A program made the position numbers and the translations under genes. The notes under the pieces were generated by a model. The model saw nothing but the letters and a program-made list of their open reading frames with translations. It had not been told where the DNA came from and ran no database searches. From Pocillopora damicornis (Eukaryota), in assembly GCF_003704095.1 (NCBI RefSeq), contig NW_020844573.1:310001-374000 (forward strand): a stretch of 64,000 bases of DNA, in the 5' to 3' direction. Positions 1-12,351 of this stretch are shown one piece after another (position 1 is the first letter of the stretch; each line of letters begins with the position of its first letter).

Positions 1-134
1 GTAATCTACGGAAAGTTTGGCTATTTAAGAGCAGAAAAGCACACAACAGTATAAATGAAGTCCTCATGCTAGATATTGTGTTCATTTATCAATTTAGTTT
101 TCTTTTTTTAGGGCCTGATTTCCCACATTCTTAC

Positions 135-3100
135 CTTCGTCGCAGTGCTTTCCAGTGAACCAGCCACCAACACATGTGCACTTGTAACTTCCAACAGTAT
201 TGGCGCATTTCGCTCCATTCTTGCAGGGTTTAATGTCGCTACACTCATCAACATCTTGAAAATAAGAAAACAAGAACCCAAATGATTTCAGTAACTATCT
301 ACGCCTCACAGTGTCGAGCAGAAGTCTCGAAGGTTTCGATTCCCTTGAAAGTTGAATTACTTTAAGTAACTACCACTGTTTGTCTTGCATATGTAATACA
401 TAGTAACAAAACCATCCTTGAGCTAAATCAAGACAGTACATAAATGTACCTTCATCGCAGTGTTTTCCTTTGAAGTTATTCGGGCACTTGCAGCTGTATC
501 CACCAACAGAGTTTATACAGGTACCTCCGTTTTTACAAGGCTTGTGTACTGTGCACTCGTTAACATCTACGTGAAAAGATAATTAAACTAAATACAAGGC
601 CTAAATCTTGAAGCCTCCTTGCTAGTTCTTCATTAGGGCCTTCTCATCTTTTGTCATCAAAAACGCAAAAAGGTTATCAAAGCATGAATTACCTATGTAC
701 TGTGTAATTTATGACTGATAAACATAACATCTGAAGTTTTGTAAAAAGGAAGAATCTACACTCGAGATATCACGTACCCGTTTCACAGTTTCTTCCGGTG
801 TACTTTGCTCCGCATGCGCATTTGTAGCTTCCAGCGGTGTTAGTGCACGTTCCTCCATTCTTACATGGATTGTTGACAGCACATTCATCGATATCTAACA
901 AAGAAGACATCGAGATGAACACTTTCACACGGTGCAGGGTACTACGTTTGGTTCACGGAGACGTTTGTTTCACGGAGAAAGTCATTATTCGAACAAAACC
1001 TTACTGGCGAGCAGTTTTAAGATATTGAGCAGCACTGTGATAGAGTACAGAACTCATGATTCCGTCTTTAGCAACCGCGATTTTTCTACCAAATTTCATG
1101 TGTGGATGAAATTAAACATAAAGGACAATTTTCATCTTACATATAATGCAGACTATTAAAAAGAATTCTTCCAGTGAGTGAAAAAAGGTGGGTTTAGTTG
1201 TTAACTGTACATACATTCATACACTAAAATGACCTTAGCAGTTACTCTTGAGGAAGTGGATACCAACTCGTGATCGTTTGTTTGACTTACCGAACACTCG
1301 TTTGTCAAGTTTGAAACCTGAAAATTTTTGGTTAATCTCGTAATATGGCTACGGAAATCTGACGAATTAAAAGAGCGTAAAAGGGAATTTGTATAACATG
1401 CATGGCATACCTTTATCGCAGTTCTTTCCTTGGTAACCGGATTTACACTGGCAATAGTAGCCATCACCTTGAGGTTTACAAACCCCGCCATTTTGGCACG
1501 GATTCTTTGGTTCACAAACATCTAAGGGTAAATAAAACAGTAAAGGGAAAGGATTATTCATTTTCTTGCACTTAGAGTAGTTCTTTGTATTCATGGGAAA
1601 CAGATCAAGTCAATCTTGACCACGAAACGACACCTAATTGTGACGTCTTTTTCATGAACACTTGAAAAAAACCAATTGACTTAGCGATACACCACATTTT
1701 CTTCCATTTTACCAGCGTAACAACACACACAGTATGTTGGGAGAACACAAGAAAAGTTTTAACAAATTTTTTGAGTGTTGTTTCTGCACATTTTGCTTCT
1801 CCTTGAAAAAAATTAAACCGACTAGGTTTCTCAAATGAGCTATCATTTTGTACTTACTATGTCCTTTATCGCCACAAAATCGTAAATAACACGCCGGCGG
1901 CTTCACCAGCTTGTACACGTAATGGCTTCCACAGTTCCTGACGTCGATGTCGACACTCCATCGACAACAGTTGCCGCTCCAGTGGAAGCAGATCTTCCTC
2001 TTAACCACTCCATCTTCCTTCTTAGGGTGCGCGTCCTTCATCCAGCCAGGGGCATGGGTTCCGCAGCGTTGCGTAGGAACGCAGGAGTTTGGTATCTTAG
2101 TGCCAGCTTCTCCAACAAATTGATGCCATTTTCCTATCGTTTTTAGATTTCTTACGTCGCATTCCAGAAAGCTCTTTCTTAAGTTGCCTGAAGCTCGGTT
2201 TGCTTCACTGAGTTTGACGTTTACGATGCACTCAGCGGGAGCTATAATGCAGAGAAGGAGATGCGTTAATTTAACCTGCTTTAAGACAAATAGTCCTAAG
2301 GATGGCTCTTGAAAGAGACCCTTTTGGTTATGTGTGGCAAGTGATTAGTTCACCGTGTCAAAAGTAGACGGAAATCAGGACTTTTCTAAATATAGCATCG
2401 CCGTTTTAAATTACAATACGTTTATTCAAGATACTTAAGAAACTCTATATAAATGAACATAATCGCAGGGATTCCCTTAGCAGAGCTTAGGTGATTACAA
2501 AAATGAAAACTCCATAAATCGTGTTCGTAATCTTATGATATGCAGTACTAACACGTCTGAAAAGCCTCTAGAGAAATATCTACCTTCATCACAGTTCTTT
2601 CCTGTAAACCAACCACCAACACAAGTGCATTTGTAACCTCCCGGTTTATTCTCGCATTTGCCGCCATTCTTACATGGTTTGCTGGCGCATTCATCGATAT
2701 CTGTGTTGTAACAAGCACGCAAAAACATTCCAACATGAGGTTAAGTTTAGGTTTCATATTTTATGTTACTTCTAATGAATTTAGGGAGGGAAGGAAGTGA
2801 TAGATGGACAAAGGAAGGAAGGAACTTATACAGAACTTATTATTTTCGCTCTATATCCCTGAAAGAATCATAAATATGTAGCGCGTCTAGCTAAACCACT
2901 ATTGAGGTTCGTAAACGAGTTTCGACAAAACATAAAATTACAAGAGGTAAACTCAACCCTAGTCCGATCAGTCTCAAAGACAAAAACAACATAACAACTT
3001 ACCCTCTATGGACGTAACACAAGCAGATTGGAGTTCATTCTTTAACAAGTAAGTAATATCAGTTCCTTCACACTCAATATGAAAATCGTTTTCATCATAA

Positions 3101-6100
3101 CCACAGTAACTTACCTTCGTCACAGTTTTTGCCTTTAAATCCAGGTGGGCATTTACATTGATAGCCACCCACAACATTTGTGCACTGGGCGCCATTTTGG
3201 CAAGGCTTATGCACACTGCAAATGTCACCATCTACACAGAAATATAAACAGAAAACAATTAAATTAGAGAGCAATACTTTCACCAAAATATTAATTCAAT
3301 AAACTTCATATGATAAGGTAGCTGACCAAAGTGCTTCTCGATTGAATGTCGTATAACATGAAGTGGTGATTGGTTTTAGTCTTGTCGTGTTGCCTTCACT
3401 GGTTGAGAAGGTAGCCCGCGGAATTTTTTGAACCAATCGAAAAGAATAGTAGAGCAAAACAACTGAATTCCTGAATTACTTTCGAAACTAAATCGAAAAA
3501 TTGTCTTTTCTGGATATGGGCGGAGCGCCATACCTTCAGTACATCCGTAGAACTCCACTCTCATAGAAATGGTTCCATGCCAGCTCTTAGGTTTGATCCG
3601 TATATACTGAGCAATGATTGGTGGATCAACAAACTCAGCTGCTACAGTGTAACGATCGTTGTTTCCTTGGAAGACCTAGGAATTTAAACACACATCGTTT
3701 TTTTGATACTGATTGGACGCGTCATTCCGTGATAAGATTATTTCAAATGGTCAATCTTTTCTATTCTTAACTTTTTTGAGCAGTTTTCAATTGAGCGTTA
3801 AGAAAAGTAATCAGCAGCCGATCGAAACGATGAATCACTCCTTCGTTAGCCAATAAGAATTAAAAGTAAAACTAGGCAAACTGCAAAAAGCGCAGGAAGA
3901 CGCGGGAAGACGCGGATGACCAAGTCGTGATTGGTTTGCGTTTTGCGTAAGCGAAGTAAAGTAAAACAATAGTAATCTCGGACATCTTTCGACATTCAAT
4001 TGAAAATTTCTGTTCGTATTTTCCTATCATAACGAAAAGATGTTTTTCTAGTCTGTTTCTAGCCTAGAATAGTTTTGGAGCGCAAACAAGGGAAGAGGAT
4101 ACCCATACATAAAGAAAATTTTAATACTATTACGAGAAGATTAGAACTAGTTTCTGAATTAATACTGGGTGACCTTTCAAAATTTTTTAGCGATCCAAAG
4201 CCCTTTTTTAAACCTGTTGTTGTCACCATGCTCTCATATCTTTCATACCTAATATCAAACTCACAAAGCCGTAACACAATGTCCTGTGAGATTCGTCACA
4301 CCGCAACAGACATATTCCAAACACGTCAACAACAGCACAGATTTGAGAACGTACCGTAACTATATTATTGAGCTTGTAATCTTTCCACGTCTTTCCATCG
4401 AAGCTGTAGGCCAAAGTGTATGTCTTTACCCACTGGTCAGCGTCCATTCGTCCCTGAGTAGCAACGCGACGTACCTTAGCAACCACGTCAAACTTGGCTT
4501 GAATATATTGGTTACCATCTGCTGTCTTGGCAGACCATGCACCGATTCTTGAACCTGTTTTCTGGAAGTGGAGCCTACCATTATCTGCTCCGTGGTTAGC
4601 ATCGTATTGCGAAGAAGCTTGTAGGGCATCTGGTTTGATACGCCCGCTTTGCATGCCGAGTGCTTCCATGCACAGTGGGGGACTGGGAGGGACAAAGCCT
4701 GATTGTGCAAGAAAATGGCGGGCATTCAATAATTTCATGGGGGAATCTTTTAATCTCAAATAACTGTTGATTTTTCGATCATGTGTTTCATTTGGAAAAT
4801 TAAGCTCTCTAATTGAAACAATTATCAATTCCACGTTGCGCTATCGGAAGCTAGAAACGCCAACTGCCTCACAGCCCTTGGATGGACTTTTTTTTTCCAA
4901 AAATGCCAACATAAAATTTGGAATAATTACCCCTTACCCTGGAGGGTACTGAATCTGGTCGAATATAGAAAAAGAAGTGAAGTAAATTTGGCAGCACGTT
5001 TACTAATAGTTTTTTCATTCAACAGTACCGTGAACTTTAAATTTGGGGTATTGCTTTTTGTCGTGAGAGGAAAACAGAGAACCTTCAGAAGATACCTCAG
5101 AGCAAGGAAAACAGCAGCTTAGATATGACGCCAGGTCAGTAGGGGGAATCAAACGCGGAACAAATGGCAATTCGCCGTCCATGCATCTCTTTAGCGGTAG
5201 ATTCATGCGGTCAGTGATAACTCTGGGAAAAATTTTCAGTTGAGATAACATAACTTTGAGCTAACCTGTTTGACAGCCAAATAATTCAAGTCTCAAGGAG
5301 ATATGTCCTTGGAACGTTTTTGGATGAAGACGAAAGAAACGAGTGTAGATGGGCACTTCCAACTTGTTTTCTTTGATTGTATTCCTGTCAGAGTTCCCTG
5401 TAAAGATCTGAGAAAATGACAAAACAAGCAAAGAGTGACACAAGATTCACAAAAAGCGGGTTCCACATGAAACAAAAATTTCCCTTTTATCGCGACAAAT
5501 CCAAGCGCAACGAAAGGAAAGGTCTTCAAGCTGAAATTAAGAGATCCTCGCAGCTAAGAACACTACTGGAACGAGTAGTTGAAAATAGGACCTGAAAAAA
5601 ATTCAGGCCCGTACGGGATTTGAACCCATGACCTCTGCGATACCGGTGCAGCGCTCTACCAACTGAGCTAACAAGCCAACTGGGAGCTGGTCAATGTGTT
5701 GGGTCCAAATAAACCATCCAAGTAATGAATGATGATTTTAGATATATGAAATTCATATATTTGCACTGCGGTGAATAGATGAAATTAAGAGATCCTCGCA
5801 GCTTCAAGCTGCTAATCGCCGTCTAAGCTGCCGCCCAGAACAAAGGAAAACTTTTCTTGAATTTTAACGTGAGTGGCGAGTTGCAGGAAGAGCAAACTTT
5901 TCCAATTAATGGAGTCACCAAGACTTCAAGAGACCTCCAAGAAAAATAGAACGCTTTGGAGGGAAATTAGATTCCCAAAAATGATTCACTGAACATATTC
6001 CTGCACAAATCTTTACACCTACGCTACCTGACACGATTGGATCATTATTAAATATATTTTTGGGTCAATCTCTCGCTATAACTCCGACAACCATAGCAAA

Positions 6101-9100
6101 AGGTTCAGGCTCACATAAGCGGCACGTTAAACTTACAATTGGACCATTTTCACCGTAGACGTCGTAGAAACCATTATTGAGGCTGTAGGATATCCAGTAT
6201 GACGTCACCCATTGATCATAATCACTTCTACCTTGGGTAAACACCCGTGTTATCTTGACAATCTTTCCGAAGTCGACCTGCGAAGTAAATATAAAGACAG
6301 AAATACAATTTATAATTGAACAAAGAGTAAATCATTTTTCGGTAGGAGATGCATGGGCACAATGGTTAGGGCGCTGAAATTTGGATCGAATGATCTAGGA
6401 GCCGGTAACCTTACCGACCACAGCTATTTGTAAAACATTAAGCTCAAAAACCAGTCCACTGTGCTTGGTTTTCTGATATTTTTGTATATCTGATTTCAAT
6501 CATCTCGACTGTAAATGTGAACATGTCAAACCAAGATAGAATTTTTTGGGACCGATAACAAACGTCAGGTTCGAGAGAGGAGGGCCTAGGTTCGAGCCCT
6601 GACCAGATCACTGAGTTGTATTATTGGGCAATATGACGCCCATCCAGGAACACAGATTAGCACTGTAAGGTGTCCGGACACCTAACAGTACTCGCCCTAG
6701 TTGTTAAGTATTTAGAAAACCGCAAATACTCCAGTGGTATGGGCTACTTGGCTCGTGTGCAAACTTACTCTAAGGAACAGTTCACGGACAAGAGAGAGTC
6801 AAGCATCGGTAAATAGACAACATATACCTGAATCCATTGACCTAAGTCGTTATATTTTGCAGACCAAGCTCCTGTCTTCGCTCCCGAACGTGCCGAATTT
6901 AGTCGCGCACGGATTGGACCATGGTTTCCATCCCACTGGCTGGAGGCCGTGATTGCATCGTCAGGAATGTCACCGCTCTGAAGACCTAGTTCTCCTTCTT
7001 TACATCGAGGGCTAGGCGTAGATGGCGGTGCACCTAAGACAAAAAATGAAAAATACTTAAGTCCATAAATTTTCGAATAATCATCATGCAGGGGTTGGAC
7101 CTTCAGTCTTTCGGCAGTCAGGGGAATGCAAAACGAAAACCGGCTAGTTGCTACAATTTCCAGGTTCGTTTTTAGGTGCGATTGTACGAGCTTACCTTGA
7201 CAGGACTCATCTAGAATCATCTGTAGTTTATCCTTCAAGGCATCAAAGTCATCCACCTGTATAACATACTGATCATCGTTCATAGCAATCTGACGCAACT
7301 CTCGCTGGTTGATACCGTGACCAATACCCACTGCAACGGTTCTGACTCCTTTTTCCTACCAAATTAAATAAGTAAGAATGATGAAAGGGAATATTTCTTG
7401 TTCCCTTCTGATTTTCTATATTGGGTTAACAGAAGCTTTCTATACAGTCATTGTTTTCGGATAGCTATTGTAAATGCTCAAGTAATTGAAGAATAAAATT
7501 GCACGAAATATAATAAATGCATGGTTAATCATAGCGGAATATGAATTATGTCAATTTCACACTTCTTCCTCGTTGATTTTTGAATAGCTATTGCACTGTA
7601 AGATATTTACAATCAGTGCTGGAATAAGTTATATCTGTCAGTTCTTTCTTCGTCATAAAATGTGGTAGAGGAATCCCGAAATAAATTTATTTCATCAGTT
7701 GAGTTAATAACGTAAGTTGGCCACCATAAAGAGCGTTAGCCCTCCGTCGGAGCGAATGGAGGAATCCTTAGTCATGCAGTACTTAACGCGAAATCAAACT
7801 CGGCCAATCATCAGACAAGTGCAATCAACCTTAAAGGTTGAACTTAGTGCAACACAACTGTAATAGCAAGCGTCACATTACTTTCCTTACATGACTGTAC
7901 TAACCTGGAGTGGTTGTAGTACTTCAGGATATGGCTTACTTCCTCGGTTTGTTTTACCATCGGTGAACACAATCAAAATGTTTGCTTTGTCGTTACGATC
8001 TCCTCCGGCGCTAGTGAATAGCTTTTGAGCAGCCATTTCCAAAGCCCTATCAGTGCGAGTCCACTGCCCAGGGTACCTAATTTCCATCACACGTTTCTTA
8101 AGTTCGACCACGTTGTGATATTTTGGGTTTGCTAAGTCAAATTCCAAATTGGAATTAGTACTATAAGTAATTACGCCAAAGTGCGTTGCTTTGGTGGAGA
8201 CTGAGAAGTGAGACATCAAGGACTGGACGAACTCTTTGGCTATTTTGAAGTTGTTTTTACCCACACTGCCTGAGCCATCCAGGATGATGCCAACGTCTAA
8301 GGCCTTGGTACAAGCTAAATTCAATTGCAAAATCAAAACATACTTGAATCAATTTTCTGCCACAGGTGCATGTTACTAATTTAGTTTCATATAAAACTAT
8401 GGTTCCGCCGTCAATTTTTTCAAATGGCAGTCTATAATGTTAAGGCAACTTTCAATTTGATGTCAAGTGTGGATAGGAATTGAAGGCGTTTTCCTTCACT
8501 GCGCTCTGTTGTTGGCTTAGCAAACTCGCGCCACAAATCAGATTGCAACACAAGAGCCAATCACGGCTTTATAACTTGGTTTCTTGCGCTTAAGACATTT
8601 TACATTTATGTAATTAACACCTCATAGCCTCTTTGCGGTTCCTCTAGGTTCGGTTTTACGACACTCCATACGAAAAACACTCTAGACGGAAAATTGCTCG
8701 ATACACTTGGACAATCAAGGAAGTCAATCATAATTTACCCCGTGACAAGCTCACTGCTGGGTAAAAGATAAGTATCTTGTGAAAGCTACGGTTGAGAAAA
8801 TTCATCCTTTGAGAAAAAAAATCTTAATTACTACTCACGTTTGGGACATGGATTCTCAGAACACGCTCCAGTCTCTTCCAACTCTCCAGCGCAACTCTTG
8901 CCGTTGCCTTTTGGTGGGGGATTGGTACACGATCTCTCGCGAACTTTTACTCCTCCACCACAAGACTTAGAGCACTGTGTCCAGCTAGACCACTCGGACC
9001 AGGCCCCATCGACATCACCAGCACCTGATGAAAGATTCTAGTCAATGAATGACAAACACAAAAGTATGACACATGTACCGACATTCTTTTGCTAAGGGGT

Positions 9101-12100
9101 GTATAACATTCACGTACCCCTGGTCAGGATTATGAACAATCTTTTCGACAGCATGAGTTGAGTTGACTTATTTCCCTTACGGTAAATTTGTCATTTCGCT
9201 GCCCATGTGAAGCAGGGTCTCTATTGAAGGTCGAAAATCGCTGCTTGTTACTAACCTTGACAAGATTCCATGAGGATTTGCTTCAAGTTGTTTTTAAGCT
9301 CATCAAAATCGTTTACATGTGTGACGTAGTCAGGGTTTCCCGCAGCGATCATAAGCAGTTCATCGTCACCGATGCTGTTCCCAATTCCCACAGCGACTGT
9401 GCGGACTCCCTTGTTCTAAAACAGAAAAAAAAATGGAACAAGTTCAGCCTTTATTTTCCACTGAACATTTTCACTCACAAGCAATTGGTTTAAACGCATC
9501 AAGTGACCCAAACGCGACGGCTAAAACTGCGGAATATCAGGCGATATTCGCCAATCGATCCTTCCCAGTTTTTAAACTGGGAAGGATCGTTCTTAAGGGT
9601 CTGAAAAGGAGAATTTGTTTGACAGTCAAGAGTTCTTTAGTTGTTGGTCAAATCCCTTATTCTCGTGTCCTTAATGTTTAATTCAGGACTGATATTGTAA
9701 GGAGAAATTAGATGCCAGTCACTCTTAGGGGTTAAAGGGTTGATGTTAATCTTGTCTGTTCTGAATCATCCTGATAGTCCTTTGTGAATAATTTCCTCTT
9801 CCTTAGCATATTTCTATGCAAGCAGGCAATAATTTTAAAGTTTAGTGCATATTTCCTCGTCGCTAACCTGCAGAGGCTTCAAAACATCCACATATGGTGC
9901 ACTCCTGCTACTTGTTTTGCCATCGCTAAGGATCACCAGAACATTTGCGGCATCTGCCCTGTCGCCATCAGCGGCGCTAAAGATCTGATCAGCAGCCATC
10001 TTCAGGGCCAGATCTGTCCTGGTTCCTCCACCAGTATATTTCAGGCCCTTGATGGCTTCCTGCAGCTTGGGAAGGCTGTGGTATTCCGATTTCGCCAGGT
10101 TGAATTCTAATCTGGCTACTGAATTATAAACGATGGCACCGACATGGGTTCCTTGTGGTGATACTGACAAGTGGCCGACAAGATCAGAGAGGAACTTCAA
10201 AGCCTTGGCAAAGTTTCCACTTCCAACGCTGCCTGAAGCATCTATTATCAGGCCAACGTCCAGTGATTTCTTGCAGGCTGTTTAAATGAAATTGACGTAA
10301 AAGAATAGTAACTGATGATGTTCGCACGTTGGTTGCGCATGGCTGTAGCAAGCGCGAGATTCGAGCAGTGATTTGTTTAAGGCCACTTACGATCAGGGCA
10401 CGGATCTTCATTGCATTTCTGATTCTCCTCTGGTTCACCTAGATGATCGCAGCCCTTTCCATTCCCCACAGGGGCAGGGTCGGTACAGGTTCTTTCACGG
10501 GCTCGTGTTCCGCCTCCACAGGTTTTAGTACATTCAGTCCACTCTGACCACAATGAGTAACCACCATTCACATCTTTAGGTTTTACTTTAGAGAAAGAAC
10601 CTCACAATATTAGAATACACCAACTTTTTCTTAAAATACAGGCCTCTCGGAACTCGAGAGAACAATCAGTTGAATTCTTGAAGGAAGCAAACTAAATCAC
10701 TATAGCCTGCCATTGCAAATTTTAAAAAACACTCCACCACAAATGACTGAACCCAGTCAAAGTTAACAAAATTGAACCAGTTAGTTCAATCTGCCAAGAT
10801 GAAATCAAATTTAAATGAAAGCTCATTTAAAATCGAGAATATGTAAGGCTCCCACATTTTAAAATTATAAGCACAACAAAATATTCTCTTTTGACAAGAG
10901 AATTCACTCACAGTCTTTCAACCGATAGATGTAGTTAGTGCTTTGAGTTCCTACGCATTCCATATCCTTGCCTTTATCACAAGGAGGAAATGGCTCTACA
11001 AGTTCCTGGATGCACTTTTTGGGATCAGCTTCACCATATTTGTTAAATGCCGTCTCCCCATTCTCTCCACTCCAGCACTCCCCGTAGAACTGCAACCCAA
11101 ATACTTTCCAACCATTTTCACGGGTTTTATTTGCACAGCGGCAGGCAAGACTGAAAAATAGTCATGTGGAAATGTTATTATCCAATCCCAGTTGCATTAG
11201 CACTGCAAAGGTTTTAATCAGGGGTTGGGCAATAAAGGTTTAAAAGTTGGCCTATCAATTAGTTATCTCATGAGTGCTCAGCTACCATGTGAGTGATCAA
11301 GGGTTCAAGTCCCAGACCCAACTGACAGTCAGGGTCTTAAAATCACTGAGGACAACGTGCTGCCTTTGCTATAACATCCACATGTGGTAAGACATTCTTA
11401 TCTTTTCCAATAAGAAGTATAAAACATAGCCCTGTCTCCTGCATCTTCTCTGCACTGGTTGGCAGAGAATGTTATTAACAACCCTTGCTCTTCTCTCAAA
11501 GAGTAGGGAATGTAGATCCAGTTTCAGTTTGTGGTCTGGCTTTGTTATTGTCCTCATTTAAACCAGCTTTAAAGCTGAACTAGACCAGCCTGTCAAACAT
11601 CCCCAAATAAATAAATCTAAAAAAAGAGAAGCTGAGTTACCTGAGCATTGACTCTTCCCACGCATGCCAATCAATCTGATGACCATCATGGGCATCACTT
11701 GATTTGTCTCTATCGTTCACTAAGAGATCTGGCAGAGTTCTCATCCCTCTCTTGGTATTGTCCTTGAAACAACCAACCTTTTCGAAAGTCCGCTCGCATT
11801 TCGTATGAGGAAGGGCTGCTGTTATGAAGAAGAAATATTAGTAAATTTAGCAAATACTACGACACAAGCATAAAATTTCACTATATAAAGTGAGCCCCCT
11901 TGTCACAAAGACTTTGAGGTCCTATAAATCAATAAAGACAGCCTACATGAGTAACAGATATTCCCCCAGCTCATACTATTAGAAACACATTTGTACCTTC
12001 CTCTGATAGAGTTGTATTCTTTTGGTTTTGGGAAAAATCTCATGGACACTTTTTGCAAGTAATTCAAAGAGTCCATTCTCACGCTTTCTTTTTTTCTCTT

Positions 12101-12351
12101 GCACAAAGGCTAATTCTCAAAATGGATAATCAATAACCACTGCACAACCATGGCTCGTCAGCCGCCATTTTGTTTAATTGAAGTAAAGAGTAACCAAGCC
12201 TTTGAAACTAGGACTGGACTCGTGGATTCGGATTAATATGTAAGGAGAGCCCTGAAGATGCGCACTTTGACATAAAAGAGAGGAAAACCAAACCTTTCTT
12301 CCCATGAACAAAGAGCAAGTTTACAGCCAGCACGAGAAGAGGAATCCACAT
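135..12351 (-). CDS. Secreted mosaic extracellular-matrix/adhesion protein, coadhesin-like: SP - WSC-like - TSP1 - VWA - TSP1 - VWA - F5/8C - F5/8C - EGF x2 - UMOD/GP2/OIT3 D8C - EGF x4+; 3' end lies left of the window
   Basis: Phase-consistent GT-AG exons on the minus strand: 12294-12351 ([19 protein letters not shown], signal peptide), 11641-11818, 10912-11150, 10391-10585 (or -10573; TSP1 [14 protein letters not shown]), 9868-10277 + 9256-9415 (VWA, DASGS MIDAS), 8839-9024 (TSP1), 7905-8314 + 7196-7355 (VWA, DGSGS), 6828-7033 + 6137-6277 + 5266-5407 (F5/8C, LRLELFGC), 4355-4698 + 3534-3675 (F5/8C, MRVEFYGC), 3115-3231 and 2584-2700 (EGF), 1858-2241 (D8C, CGTHAPGW...VRNCG..YVYKL), 1411-1521, 778-894, 450-566, 135-254 (EGF). 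No stop codon reached inside the window. Confidence 0.9.
3778..4012. mobile_element. Degenerate MITE-like repeat with CAATTGA(G/A)-containing inverted ends
   Basis: gagcagttttcaattgag at the left end and cgacattcaattgaaaatttc at the right end are imperfectly inverted. Related CCAATC-rich copies appear near 8445-8685, 33570-33860, 41300-41400, 51470-51600 and 54150-54350. Confidence 0.55.
5524..5811 (-). mobile_element. tRNA(Thr-GGT)-like cored repeat, ~248-bp unit with a 24-bp terminal redundancy and 10-bp TSD-like flanks
   Basis: The reverse complement of about 5606-5677 folds as a tRNA (TAGCTCAGTTGGTAGAGC A box, GGTTCAAATCC B box, anticodon loop CCGGTAT). tgaaattaagagatcctcgcagct occurs at 5532-5555 and 5780-5803; cttcaagctg at 5524-5533 and 5802-5811. 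Confidence 0.8.
6344..6770 (+). mobile_element. Fragmented tRNA-head SINE
   Basis: A-box-like tggttagggcgct (about 6363), B-box-like ggttcgagccct (about 6590) and tail ...acttggctcgtgtgcaaactt. Same family as 15640-15890, 35765-35895, 49080-49215 and 53224-53320. Confidence 0.55.
7690..7765 (-). mobile_element. Fragment of a Penelope-associated-type repeat (same family as 19670-19830)
   Basis: The reverse complement reads cattcgctccgacggagggctaacgctc-tttatggtggccaacttacgttattaactcaactgat, which matches the 19670 copy but lacks the GAAAC segment. Confidence 0.55.
11262..11545 (+). mobile_element. SINE of a second family (conserved central domain, Deu/Nin-SINE-like)
   Basis: B-box-like gggttcaagtccc followed by cagggtcttaaaatcactgaggacaacgtgctgcc... 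and aagagtagggaa. A diverged reverse-oriented copy lies at about 52420-52670. Confidence 0.5.
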
